Below are positions 13,224 to 26,084 of a stretch of DNA of 64,000 nt, in pieces. The position numbers and the translations under genes were made by a program. The DNA lies in contig NC_042999.1 in the NCBI RefSeq assembly GCF_006345805.1, forward strand, positions 66,588,001 to 66,652,000. Direction: 5' to 3'. The DNA comes from Octopus sinensis. Lineage: Eukaryota. The notes beneath the pieces were generated by a model, which was not told where the DNA came from, made no database searches, and was given only the letters and a program-made list of their open reading frames with translations. Position 1 is the first letter of the stretch, and every line of letters starts with the position of its first letter.

Positions 13224-14466
13224 AATTTATATATGCAAATATATATATATATATACTAGCTGAAGATGACCCGCTCTACGCGCGGGTAAGAGTGTGGCTG
13301 TTACTTTCTGCTGCTTCCTTTCAGCACGTAAAAAGCACCATCCGAACGTGGCCGATTGCAGCGCCGCCTTGACTGGCTTCTGTGCCGGTGGCGCGTAAAA
13401 AGCACCAACCGATCGTTGCCGCTGCGAACCCCCCCACCCCGGCACCTGTGCCGGCGGCACGAAAAAAGCATCCACTACACTCACAGAGTGGTTGGCGTTA
13501 GGAAGGTCATCCACCTGTAGAAACACTGCCAGATCAGACTGGAGCCTGGTGCAGCCTCCTGACTTCCCAGACCCCGGTCAAACTGTCCAACCCGTGCTAG
13601 CGTAGAAAACGGACGTTAAACGATGATGATGATGATGAGGATGATGATGATTCTCCCTCTTTGTTTCTCTCTCCTTTCTCTCTCACTTCCCCACTCTCTT
13701 ACTCTTCCTTTCTCTCGGACTCTCCCTCGCTTTCTCTTACTCTCTATCTTTATCTATATCTCTCCCATTTATAAACAACAAAAGATCTTGAGTAAGTTAA
13801 GAAATAAAATATTTAGAAAGATCAATCATAAATATCAGGCAGTGGCAACGGAAAGGTCTACTTCAAGGCAGACAGCAAAACGCTAACATTTAAAAGGGAC
13901 AGACGAACTTGCGAGCTGAATAAAAATAATAAAATATTGGAAACAAAAGTTTGAAGGGACAGAATCTGAGGATAGTAGAGTTACCATGGCTGGCATTTCT
14001 TAACGACGGACAGCAACGTATTGACAGTTTAACGGCTGGCGTAAAATTTTGAACTTGATGTAAAAGAAAATTCGTAAACACCAACTTTTGAAGTGATTCT
14101 TTCTCACGACAGTAGACTCACCATGGCAAGCATTCAAAAGTTCTTCATCATGGACGGCAACACATTGACGATTAAAAGGCTGGCGCAAATTTTTTAGCTT
14201 GATGTAACAGAGAATTCCTAAACACTCGCTCCTTTAAATTTTAATCCCCTTCCAGCCCCATTTAGACCCCCTTTTCACATTTTGGTTAATATAACCCGAT
14301 TTCATTCGGGTGTACTGGGGCCACATTTTATAAGATGAGGAATTTTGTCTTAGAGGTCACGCGTTTCATTTGAGGGAAAAAATAGTTGTCATGCAAACCT
14401 GCCAGCACTTTTAACATAGGTGTGCATATTTTCAGCTGAACCGACCGACCACATAATGCATACATC

Positions 14467-14501
<35 letters not shown>

Positions 14502-14740
14502 TAAGTAATTAAGGGTTTAGCAACGATTTGCCTCACCACACACCGAATTTAAGTAGAAAGAATAGCCCAAACTCTTTGACTGCTATTTCTAAATTCGGTG
14601 TGTGGTGAGACAAATCGTTGCTAAACCCTTAATTACTTAGTATTACTTAACCTTCCTTGAATGGGGCTTTTACATGCCGAAATCTACTTGGTGAAATTAA
14701 TGATTATTCCAAATTAATTAATTTCGCCCTATATTATTAT

Positions 14741-14815
<75 letters not shown>

Positions 14816-15582
14816 GTGTGTGTGTGTGTGTGTGCGCACATTATATATGCAAATGTTTGCAAATTATAATATATATATATATAATATATGTATAAATTAA
14901 ATTAGAGATAAAACCACTAATAGGCAAATCAAACAGTGAAAAACCAAAAACAAAAACATAAAAATAAAAATATAATATAGAAAATATAGAAAATATAAAA
15001 TTGAAAAATTTAAATTATTTAAATTTAAAATTAAAATTATTAAATTATATTTATAATTTGTTTTAAAATATATATAACGATCAAAAAGTATTAAAGAGTT
15101 TAATATACATAAATACAGATATATACACTTTGTATATATACAATATATATCCATATTTATATATAGAACACACACACACATATATAAATGAACACAAGAA
15201 ATATCTGATTCATAATATTTGTTCTCATGATTGTGTGTTGTTGGTGGCGATGATAATTCTCTCTATGAATGCAGACAGCGAGATAAAGAACGCCGTTTGA
15301 CGAACTTATGAAGGGAACGTGAAGGGGAGTTAGAGGGGAATGGGGGAAATAGCGTGAGTGAGGAAGACAGATACGTAAAAGAATGGGAGTGGACTTGTCA
15401 AAGTGGGTTTTTGGCCCTAGCAACGACACCTTTTAAGATATGGATTTCTAAGGTAGCCCACGGGCATCGTCACGTCATTTTACATGTCCCTGTAAATTTT
15501 GGAGTCAATCCGACGGGATGTAGTGGCCTTGAAAGTGATCCAAGCGGTCCACACGCATTTCAGTTTTATATATAGAGATATG

Positions 15583-15621
<39 letters not shown>

Positions 15622-16807
15622 TATATATATATAATATAAGTTCAGTAAAGTTTAGATTCAGTTGAATATGATACTTAAGTTAAAAGCACCAGAATTTGGT
15701 ATGGTATTATCCATATAATTCGAAATGGGGTGATTACAATCAAAATAAGCAACAAGGATATCCAGGGGTAATGCAGTAAGATCATTTCACGCGATTCCAT
15801 TTAATTGAACAATGCAAATATTAGATCAGTTTTAAAATGTAGAGCAATCAACATTTTAAATGTAGAGCTGAAGATTGCTCTACATTTTAAAACTGATGTG
15901 ATATTTTCATTCTTCAATTAAATGGAGTCCCGTGAAACGATCGTACTGCATTCCCTCTGGATATCCTTGTGGCTTATTTTGATATATATATATATATACA
16001 AAAATGTGTATATGTATATGAATAGTTATCCATATATAATAAAATGCCTAATTAGCATATGACGTAAATCCCCGATAAATTAGATTTGAATTTTGAATAC
16101 TAGATAATATTCATTTAATTTCGAAATATATTCTATAAATTACCTGCGATCTAGAGTTAATTAAGTATCTTCTTTACGTCATCAGAACTATGGTATACAA
16201 ACATTATTAAACAATTTTACATTACAATTATATATTTACTATTGAATAACAATTCTTTAATAATGCTCGTATACCATATTTCTGATGACGTAAAGGTGAT
16301 CTTTAATTAACTCTAAATCGAAGGTAATCTATAGAATATATATTGGAATTAGATGTTATATATTGACAGTTGAATTACATGCGTAGTTGAAATCTTCGCA
16401 AACTTTACAAACGTATATGTTAGAATATATAATATCTCAAGGAAAATTTAGTAGAAACAGCATGAGAAAATTTAGGCATCCTAAGTCCAATAAATAGTTT
16501 CGAATATATTAACATTTTACAATATATATGAAGCCTTCACTGTCATTTGAGGCACGCGTGAATATTTTGTACACTGTAGCTGTTACATATAAGCATTTCA
16601 GATCATATCATTAAAGCCAGACGTTCGCATAAGCATCTATTAGTGCTAACGCAGACACACGCTTTTGCTGCTGCCATGACTACTACCGCAACTATCCCTA
16701 AGACGCACCACGTTACAGTACGACTCCTGAAGACGAGGCTGGTGGCAGACTGCTGCCTGGTGATATCATTTCCGGTTACTTTTTGGCACACTTTCATCTT
16801 GTATATA

Positions 16808-17605
16808 CGAGTGGAAGTCGAAAAATATCCGCACTTTCGCCATAATATATCGTTATTGTCACACTGTCTTCTGCTCATGCGTGCTTATAGTTGGTACTGT
16901 TGTGGCTACGTGATCAAAGTTTGAGCCTGATCGCACCATTTTCTTTTTTTTTTCTTTCTTGCTGCTCCACTAGCAATGTACACCAAAGAAGAACAAAGAG
17001 CAGTGATCCGATTTCTCTGGTCGGAAGGTGTGCCAGATGTTGAAACTCATCAGAGACTTTTAGCACAATACGCAGACAGTGCACTACCGTTTAGAAGTGT
17101 GTGTGAGTGGATCGAGAAATTTAAAATTGGCCGGACAAGTGTGATGCACGAAGAGAGCGGAACAACCCGTCAACCTCCACCAGTGACGAGAAGATTCAGC
17201 AGGCTCGGGAGGTGGTAATTGTGAACCGTCGAGTTATCATCGATGCGGTAGCTCGTTCTCTGTAGATTAGTCACTGGCCACGATGAACTCGGCTCCCATA
17301 GAGACTGTGCAAGATGGGATCCAAGAGATCTTACTGCAGAGCACAAACGGAAACGTCTTTAGGTCTGCTGACGTTTACTCGATCACTACAACAATGAGGG
17401 CGAGGAAGTTTTCAGAAGAATAGTAACAGATGAAACTTGGGTCCATCATTATGAAGCAGAATCCAAGAGACAGAGTATGGAGGCGAAACATCTTGGCTCG
17501 CCGGCGACGAAGAAATCCAATATTCAGTCTTCCGCGGGAAAGGTGATGTCAGCTATGTTTGGAAACTCAGACGGGCATATACTGGAAGATTACCAGGTAA
17601 AGTGG
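16808..17605 (+). mobile_element. 5' part of a decayed mariner element
   Basis: TA plus cgag TIR start; MYTKEEQRAVIRFLWSEG helix-turn-helix region; DETWVHHYE; multiple stops. Confidence 0.85.
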
Positions 17606-19455
17606 TGTAAAATTATAATTATAAATTCATAAATTTACCTTTTTGGTTTTAAGATTGCTAGCGACTTATATTATTATTTGTTACAATTATAATTAAGGAT
17701 GCAGATGGTTCCACCGTTACTAGAAATAAGAATCGAAAATACTCAAATAAGCCACAATATCACTGAAAATTTTAATTAAAATTGTAATTATAATTTTATA
17801 AATTTACCTTTTTGGTTTCAAGCTTGCGAGCGATTTATATTATTATTTGTTAATAATATCTTTATTTATGCATACATATACATATATGTATGTATTCACT
17901 CATTTATCTCTATATGTATAAGTATATATACATAGAAATATGTGTCTGGGTGTCTTTTTATGAGTTTACATATACATATATATGTGTCTACATGTATGTA
18001 TATGTAGGAATATATATGTGCATGCGTATATACTTATGTATAGACACCCCAACATCTATACACAGCGCATTGATGCTAAAATGTGTGCGTGTGTTTGTGT
18101 GTGTGTTTGTCTATGTATCTATGTACATAAACATCATAGATATAGAAAATATCTACCATGTTTTTTGATCAAATATTGTATCTTGCAGATGAAAAATATT
18201 TGTTCATTCTGATTTTATTACTGAAGTATCTGGACATTTCCCACTGACAGAATGATCAAAAATATAATTAATGCCTCGATTTTGCTACATTAATCCCTAT
18301 GTAAATGTAATATAACTAATATTTAAACTGCTATGTTAATTGGTGTATGGATCAAACTTAAAATGGAACAATTATATTCTGTTCATTTCACTGATATTTT
18401 ATGTTTATAAATTGTCAGCCATTTAGTGACGTTATGATAAGCTATTATACAATAGGTATCATTAGTGTATATATTTCTTTATTCAGTCGTTGAAACTATA
18501 ACACCGTTCTATGATTATTCACAAAATCCTATACACTACCCAGCTCATTGAAACTTAACAGTAACTGCTAGACAAGTGATGCAAAACGTAGACCATATTG
18601 TCAACAAGTGGATCACAACGGTTTTTTTTTTAATCAAGCCAGTAGGTTGCATTCCTGGTAATCACTTCGGCTGGGATCAGCAATTACCGCACGACAATGG
18701 TTCGGCATATACTTACAGCAACCGCTTTAACCAGTTTACGGCGGGGATTCATTCGATTTCCTACGCGCGGCAACTGTCGTTGCGCCGGTTGAAGTCAGCA
18801 CTCAGTGCGAGATAACGTCTCTTTGCGTCAACTATTTTAAAAGGGTTTCGTCTCGTTTAAATTAATTAATTATCTCTTCATCAGTGACGTTTTCTTTATC
18901 ATCATCTCATATTGGTGGATCGCGTACCTTAAACAAATATCTTAAACATCACCAGGTTAAACTGTACCTCGTATGGGAAGTGTAACAAAACCGATGCACA
19001 ATAAAAATTTCGGGGTTGTTTCCCATGATTATACTGAGCAACATTGAGTAGAATTAATCACACTGAACATGATTTTCGCTCTGGAATTGACTTTACTTAG
19101 GTTGAAAATACTGCCTAATATATCAACCATGCAACTGATATCCACGCTGAACACTGTATTCAACTAGTGCTATATACTGAGATGTAACTTATATCAGTAA
19201 CATTTTATGGGAGTCAAATAACACCAAACAATGATAACTCAAAAAAACATTATATATTGCTAGATATATTAGATATTATAAGCATGTATTTTATATAGAA
19301 CAGATTTCGAAACACATCTGACAAGCAAGAGATAAATTCTTGTTTTGTCAGTAGTATATATCGATGTTCTCTTTAAATTACTGCTTATAATATCGCATAT
19401 TTTTCGTTGATATTATTCAGATAATTGTATACAATTTACAGACATCGAATATAAA

Positions 19456-19562
19456 TCAACGATAGTGATGAAAACACTGATCTACAACTGTTGAGCTGCA
19501 TTGTTGTTTAATTGTCTGATGCCCTTGCATGCTTTAACTGTTAAGGCATAACGATGTAACGC
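19456..19562 (-). pseudogene. Gene B distal mature exon, degenerate: (G)VTSLCLNS*SMQGHQTIKQQCSSTVVDQCFHHYR*
   Basis: Intact acceptor taattttAG and homologous 3' flank. In-frame TAA; second Cys reads AGC and last Cys reads CGT; polyA signal mutated. Confidence 0.65.
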
Positions 19563-20068
19563 CTAAAATTAAAAAAATAATATTTGTTGTCTCAATGTCA
19601 TTCCTTAAATCCTTAAAAATGTTTTAGCCCGAAGGCCGCGGCCATGCTGGGGCACGAAGGCCCAGATTGATTGAATTGATATCAAATCTATGAATAGTTA
19701 TCCATATATACTAAAATACCTAATTAGTATATGACATAAATCCCCGATAAATTAAATTTGAATTTTGAATAATAGAAAAGAATCATTTAGTTCCGAATTA
19801 TATTCTACAGATTACCTTCGATTTAGAGTTAATTAAGGATCTTCTTTACGTCATCAGAACTATGGTTTTGCATTATTGATATATTAGGCAGTATTTCAAC
19901 CTAGTAAAGTTAATTCCAGAGCAAAAATCATGTTCTTCGTGGTTAATTCTACTCAATGTTGCTCAGCATAATCATGAGAAACAATCCTGAATTTTTATTG
20001 TGCATCGGTTTTGTTTCACTTCCCACACGAGGTGCAGTTTAACCTGGAAATATCTACATCCATTCACT

Positions 20069-20193
20069 TCATCTCTTTCTTTGATTCTCATTTTGACAGT
20101 TAGTAATACATCGAGTTAAAGCTGCTCCATTAAATAAAACTCCATTTGCCAGCTGTTCTCTAGTGCAACGGGTATTATACTCCGTTGTATCGT
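20069..20193 (-). pseudogene. Gene B proximal mature exon, degenerate: DTTEYNTRCTREQLANGVLFNGAALTRCITNCQNENQRKR*
   Basis: Acceptor reads ctaattttGG instead of AG. First Cys reads TAT, while C-x18-C-x3-C is retained. Sits at the homologous position below the shared intron. Confidence 0.65.
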
Positions 20194-20223
20194 CCAAAAT
20201 TAGAAAATAATAAAAGTTGTCTT

Positions 20224-20460
20224 CTTACCTATTTCTTTACTACACACAAGAGGCTAAACACAGAGACGACAAACAAGGACAGACAAACGGATTAAGTCGA
20301 TTATATCGACCCCAGTGCGTAACTGGTACTTATTTAATCGACCCCGAAAGGATAAAAGGCAAAGTCCTCGGCGGAATTTGAACTCAGAACGTAGCGGCAG
20401 ACGAAATACCACAAAGCATTTCGCCCGACGTGCTAACGTTTCTGCCAGCCCGCCGCCTTC
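20224..20460 (-). mobile_element. tRNA-derived SINE with a 10-bp target-site duplication (family also at ~32060-32270, 43350-43550, 61225-61460)
   Basis: TSD aagttgtctt at 20214-20223 and 20461-20470; B-box-like gagttcaaattcc on the minus strand. Confidence 0.85.
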
Positions 20461-20469
20461 AAGTTGTCT

Positions 20470-22195
20470 TATTATCATTGAATGATTTTTTTAAATGAAG
20501 ATAAAGATACATTGTAATGATATCAAAGCTACTACATTCATTCACCTCTTTTTCTTTGAACCTGAATTACACAGTTTCTACTACACAGGTCAACTTTCAA
20601 CGTGGCATGCGTTTACAATAATTTGCGGTCAATACATATTTCTCTCTTTAATTTCCTAGCCATTTCCGTATATACGCCGCCCGTTCTTTATACCTATTTT
20701 TCGTTCATTTTTTATTATGGACTACACAAAATTATGTAGTCTAATCTTTATGATTCTAATTGTTCTAATTTTTCTTATAATTTCGATGAATTTCATCCAG
20801 GACGTTACAAATAAATACTCGTTGCTGCAGCATAGTTATAAAAATTTATATATAATATGCAACTGAAGCACATTTACTGCTAGGCAAACAATTTACTGAG
20901 TTGTGGCTTTATCTCGGCGACAAATGAATGCAAATCAATCTTATGTTAGACAGCGATTAAAACATTAAAAAATTCTACTGAAGGTTTTCAGAGATTGTTC
21001 TGTTTTTTTGAATGACACACATCTACACAGGGTTGGGATCTCAAATAGGATATTCTAAATTTTGATGTCTCTGAGAAGACAGAAGAAGGGAATGATTTCT
21101 ACAGGGTAGTAGTTCCAATAAGCGAATATTGGAAAAATTACTTTAATCCAAGAACTGAACTGTCAAAGAAATGATAGTGATGGCATCAATTAGGATAATA
21201 TCATCAAGAAGCAATTTGCTTCGAATGAAAATTACGAATGCATGACGCCCAGTGATGTATGAGGTCTGATTCATTTAGAACTGATTGAAAGATAGGAGAT
21301 CGTACTGAAGATTTCTGCTGATGGAAATAAAGAAGCATTGCTATAAATTGTATTACAACAGTTCTATTATCGGAGAGATATAGTGGTAATGGTGTATGGC
21401 AGTGAAGCTGTTCCTCTTGGAATAAACGACACAGATATTGGTTGGATTCTTGTAACGTAGTAAAGCAACTCCCTATTTATTATCTCCGTGAATATATTCT
21501 CAGATAAACAGGAAATACTGGAGATCGTAAAAGAAACTGGATGTTTAGTTGGTTTCCGTTGTACCTGTGATAGTGAGATTGATAATGATCTATAGTAATT
21601 GATTGATTAGTATAGATTACAGTAAAGACAAAATCACTGAAGTTCAATGTAGTAATGAGCTGCAGTATTTGAGTCATGAAATGCTCACAACCACAGACAT
21701 TGATTTGCAATTAATCAGAGGAAGGATGTCTTGGCTCCGTATTCCTCATATGGAAGAAACAGAAAACGATTTATTGGTTAGTATATTTGTGTGAGCTTGT
21801 GTATGTCTGTGTGTGTTTGTGTATGAGTGTATTTGTGTGTACGTCTGTTGATGAATGTGTGTGTACATGTTTGTATTAACTGTGGAGTCCGTGTGTTTTA
21901 GAAAGTTAGGTTTAGTTTTACGTATGGTATTTACATAGACGTGAGATAAGACACATTCATGAAAACAGGAGAAGGAGTTCGAAGAAGAGCCTGCACCAGT
22001 ACGATTTTGCCCAGTGAAAGAATACGACTGATGAACGTAGTTGAATGGAGTGAAGGAAATTGAAGAAAAAGAAATTTATTGATGAGATAATGGCAGTCGA
22101 ACTGAATATCGAAATGTAGTCTGCTGGAGTAGATATAAAAAGAAAACAAAAATAGCGAAGAGAAAAATCTGTTCCGCAGAAAATGGTTAAAGAAA
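20470..22195 (-). repeat. Paralogous second intron (copy B), truncated before any signal exon
   Basis: Colinear with 11640-12820 and 38020-40050; homology ends at about 22195. Confidence 0.75.
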
Positions 22196-23989
22196 TTTAT
22201 TTTAACATTAATTAATTTACCCTGTGTATACAGTTCTTTTTCTACTAATGCTAATTCGGAATTTAAGGTTTCTTCGATTTTTAAATAAAGATTTTAAATC
22301 GTAATTTTCATTTTAATTTTATAAATCGGTTCTTGAAAAGACCGTTAGTTGAAGTGTAAATATTTTCAGTTCCATAATTGTTGTATGTTTTAAAAAATGA
22401 TTATATCCTTATGTTTAAAGTCTATGCAGTAATCTGACGAGAACAGTCTCTTTCAAATTGATGTAATGTTTTCATTAATCAATTAAAGGAGTCTCTTGAA
22501 ACGGCGTAACGTATCGAAACCTGTACATCCTTGTTACTCATTGATATTCTGTTCACCTACCTTGGGATCTGCATTTCAGAAATACTATAGAACGTACGTA
22601 TATAGAAATACGTCTCTGAATTACCAAGAGCGGATATCTTCACTTAGCTGGGTTGCGTTCTCTGCACACACGGAAAGAATATCAGGTAAAAACACCCCTG
22701 TACGGAGTCTTGATATTCTATATTCAATCAATATTGTTGGATGTGCGGATTATACCGACCTAGCAAGGTGTATATGTATTTATATGCATCAGTATATCTA
22801 TATATGTGATCGTGTATGTACGTGAGTATATGCATGTCTAAATGTATGTATATATATATATCCATAATTATATGTGTCTGTGTATATTTATGTATATACA
22901 GCCCAACATCTATACACAGCGGATTATACTAAAATTACAGATCTTTTTCTTTTATATTCTACACATTAAGAGTTGCAAAAAACATTATCCGATAAAGAAT
23001 AATCGACTATCATGACGAAAATAATCTCTTTCATGATAGACTGCCTGGTTTTTGAAGAGTTCAAAGTTATCTGCTTCGTTTCTATAATCTATGAACAATT
23101 CTCACAACAATCGCCTTATGAGAATGTATATTGGTTGCAAATATCATGATTTTGCAAACACCATTAGAACCATTCTTCTTGCAAATATCTGTCATCGATT
23201 AAGGGATCTTCATATCTCTCCAAAGCACGGTATGTAGCTCTTGGACATGTTAGATATCAATCTGTGTTTGCAACTGCCATGTCTGTTTTACGTCAAGATA
23301 ATACCTAATGTACCTCAAGGCAGTCTACTATGACTGCTGTTATTCATTATCATTTTATCAAGTATAAGCTAGCACTTACACACAATCTCACATTTATTTA
23401 CAATGCATTTTTTCATTTATGTATATATATATATATATATAAGATATTTCCTTTAATTTGAGTTGATCTAGTTTCAGTTCATAAGATGTGGCCATGCTGG
23501 GACACTGCCATTTAATTTCGCTACATAATTTTACTGCACTAATTCTTTTTAGAAATTGGCGTTTGGTGTATAAGGAATATGCATATATATGTTTATACAT
23601 GTGTATAGTCGTATATGTATATAGATATGGATATACATATATGAATATATATATTTATACGTACAGAAATTCGGGGTGAGTACTTGATAATTATAAGCAC
23701 CTGTATATACCGTTTGATGGTGTAGGTGGTGGAGTAAATAGATCAAAATAAAAACACGATGCCAAGGATTCAGCGGTACATATGTTTCGGGCCTTTATTA
23801 GACAGCTTTATAACAATGCATAATGTATGTCTGTGGCCTTCTTCAGCCGCGCACAACAACTTCCACAAGGACATGTGTTACATCAAAAATTCTTGGTTGG
23901 GGATGCAAATCCTCTCATTCGCGTACGACATAATGCGGCAACAGCATAGAATTGAAGCGTCCATCTTGTTCTTCTCTCATTGTAGAATC

Positions 23990-24386
23990 ATATGATGTAT
24001 ATATATATATATGTATATATATTTATATGTATATATATATATGTATATATTTCTATATATATATATGTAGATTTAGATGTATATGTTTATATGAATTCAT
24101 ATATATATATATTTATATATATGTATATTTATATATATGTGCATATATATATACTTATATATATATGTATATATGTGTGTATGTATATACATATACATAT
24201 ATGTATATATATATATGTGTGTATGTATGCATATATGTGTATATATGTACGTATGTATGTATGTATGTATATATATATATATATATATATGGATGTATAT
24301 GCATATATATATATATATATTATATATATGTATATTTATATATATGTGCATATATATATATATTTATATATATGTATATATATATG

Positions 24387-24423
<37 letters not shown>

Positions 24424-24550
24424 GTGTGTATGTATGCATATATGTGTATATATGTACGTATGTATGTATGTATGTATATATATATATATATATATATGGA
24501 TGTATATGCATATATATATATATATTATATATATATACATGTATATTATA
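23990..24550. repeat. Compound (TA)n/(TATG)n microsatellite with internal higher-order duplication
   Basis: Directly visible. Representative of the many TA, CA, TATG, TAA and CT tracts in the window. Confidence 0.9.
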
Positions 24551-24749
24551 ATTTTATTTCTAAAATTACCTTCAAATTATTCCAAAACCCTGTCATTAGA
24601 TTATATCAATATTGTCATGATATCTCCCATACTTCCTTTAATACCATTACTCTGCGTTCCTACATCGTTACGTAGACTGTTTGTATTTAACAAAAATTTT
24701 CTTTCACCTGACGATGTAGCAATTATATTATAAGTAATTTATTTATGAT

Positions 24750-25190
24750 TAAGAAAGATAATATCCCTGGTCGAATGGACAAGTTCCTGGGTCTTGACAG
24801 TTACAGTTAAGAGTGGGCTCTTGGTGTTGTTCTCGCGTAAAGATGCTTTTTTATATTGTGGCAGAAGCTATATAATAATTTAACTTAGCACCTGTGATTT
24901 TCCGGAAAACGTTTGTCCCCAAAAGACGGGAATCTTTTACCTATGGTAGTTTTTACATTAAGGGAAAACGGTGTGTGCATCAAATTATTGAGTTTATTTT
25001 CAGGTCTGTTATTATTTTTGATATTAATCTTAGAGTGGTTATAAATTAATTTACCCTTAAAGCCACAATTGAGTAGGGCATTGTTGCAGTAGAGTGCTGC
25101 CTTCTCGAAAATTTCTCTAGAGAAAGAGAAGCTAGAAACTCTGTTACTAATCTTATCTATCAGGCGTTTAAATACTACGACAATGGGGTA
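24750..25190 (-). mobile_element. Penelope-like fragment
   Basis: The minus-strand ORF has ISNRVSSFS...YCNNALLNCGF...PFSLNVKTTIGKRF, typical of the PLE RT-to-endonuclease linker. Confidence 0.6.
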
Positions 25191-25401
25191 ACAACAGTTT
25201 TTACATAGTAATATTGAATGAAAATGAAATAATACCATCAAACAATAATTCAAAAACATTTTTATTTGATATTATATACATGAATTTTATATGCAACAGA
25301 TATCGAAACGCATCTGACGTGCGAGAGATAAGTTCTTCGATTCTGTTCGGAGTCTGTATCTATTTTCCCCTTAAAATCATTGCGTATAATATCGCATATT
25401 G

Positions 25402-25407
25402 TTTATT
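25402..25407 (-). promoter_or_regulatory. Polyadenylation signal AATAAA of gene C
   Basis: tttatt on the + strand just after the stop. The homologous hexamer is intact only behind the two intact mature exons (also 52151-52156). Confidence 0.65.
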
Positions 25408-25434
25408 GATTTTGTTCACTGATCTGTACACAAT

Positions 25435-25547
25435 TTACAAACATCGACATCTATCTTGGAGACACTTAAAAAAACCAGTGTGATCATTAGACTTTCCACC
25501 TGTCAGATATTGTTTCTGGCAAATCGCACGACATTCCATATAATCAC
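25435..25547 (-). CDS. Gene C mature-peptide exon of a secreted cysteine-rich peptide, (G)DYMECRAICQKQYLTGGKSNDHTGFFKCLQDRCRCL*
   Basis: Minus-strand acceptor ttctaattttAG at 25549-25548. Phase 1 matches the signal exon at 28618-28678. Frame is open to TAA at 25437-25435. Cys framework C-x3-C-x18-C-x4-C is shared with five paralogous exons. AATAAA lies 28 nt downstream. Confidence 0.85.
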
Positions 25548-25724
25548 CTAAAATTAGAACATAATAAATGTTGCCTTAATGTCATTTTGATATTTTTACA
25601 AATTAATATAAAGCTACATCATATTGATATCAAAACTAGTAGTCATTCGCTTCATCTCTTTCTGCAACATAGATCAGCGTCCACCGTGGCTTTCGTTTGC
25701 CGCAGTTTACTGTCAACACATCTC

Positions 25725-25824
<100 letters not shown>

Positions 25825-26084
25825 TCGAAATATGTATGTATGTCTTTCACCCATTATTCATAATATTATTGTTGTTTTGGACGACAATCAGTTAGTCCAA
25901 TCTTCATGATATTAATTTCTTTAATCTTTATGATTTTAATTCTTTAAAAATATTTTACAATTTGCATGATTTCCATAAAGCAATTTACAAACAACGATAT
26001 GTTGTAGTGTAGACATAACAATGTAAATTTTAGCTCATCCTATAAACAATGTAATTTTTTTCAGTTGCATGAATTAAAAGACGG

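Noticed and set aside
19456-19562. Resemblance of TIKQQCSSTVVDQC (and CMVEHRECGD in gene E) to the Aplysia pheromone attractin as I recall it
   Set aside because: The matches are short, rely on cysteines not conserved in this family, and the four-Cys framework differs from attractin's six. It would need an HMM or structural comparison.
20990-22195. Plus-strand stop-poor frames in the shared intron (for example ORF 21603-21794) with some stops shared between copies, suggesting stop-to-Trp recoding by A-to-I editing
   Set aside because: Copies also differ by frameshifts and large deletions, no domain is recognisable, and shared stops are explained by common descent. The block lies exactly between minus-strand donor and acceptor sites. 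An ancient relic cannot be fully excluded.
22430-22515. Hammerhead-like motif CTGACGA...GAAAC..GTA (similar at ~32750-32825, 35835-35870, 50790-50825)
   Set aside because: Stem I or core residues are degenerate; probably decayed copies, so not called as ribozymes.
23952-24733. Long YI/CV/TH-rich ORFs here and throughout the window
   Set aside because: They are translations of TA, CA and TATG microsatellites, which contain no stop codons.
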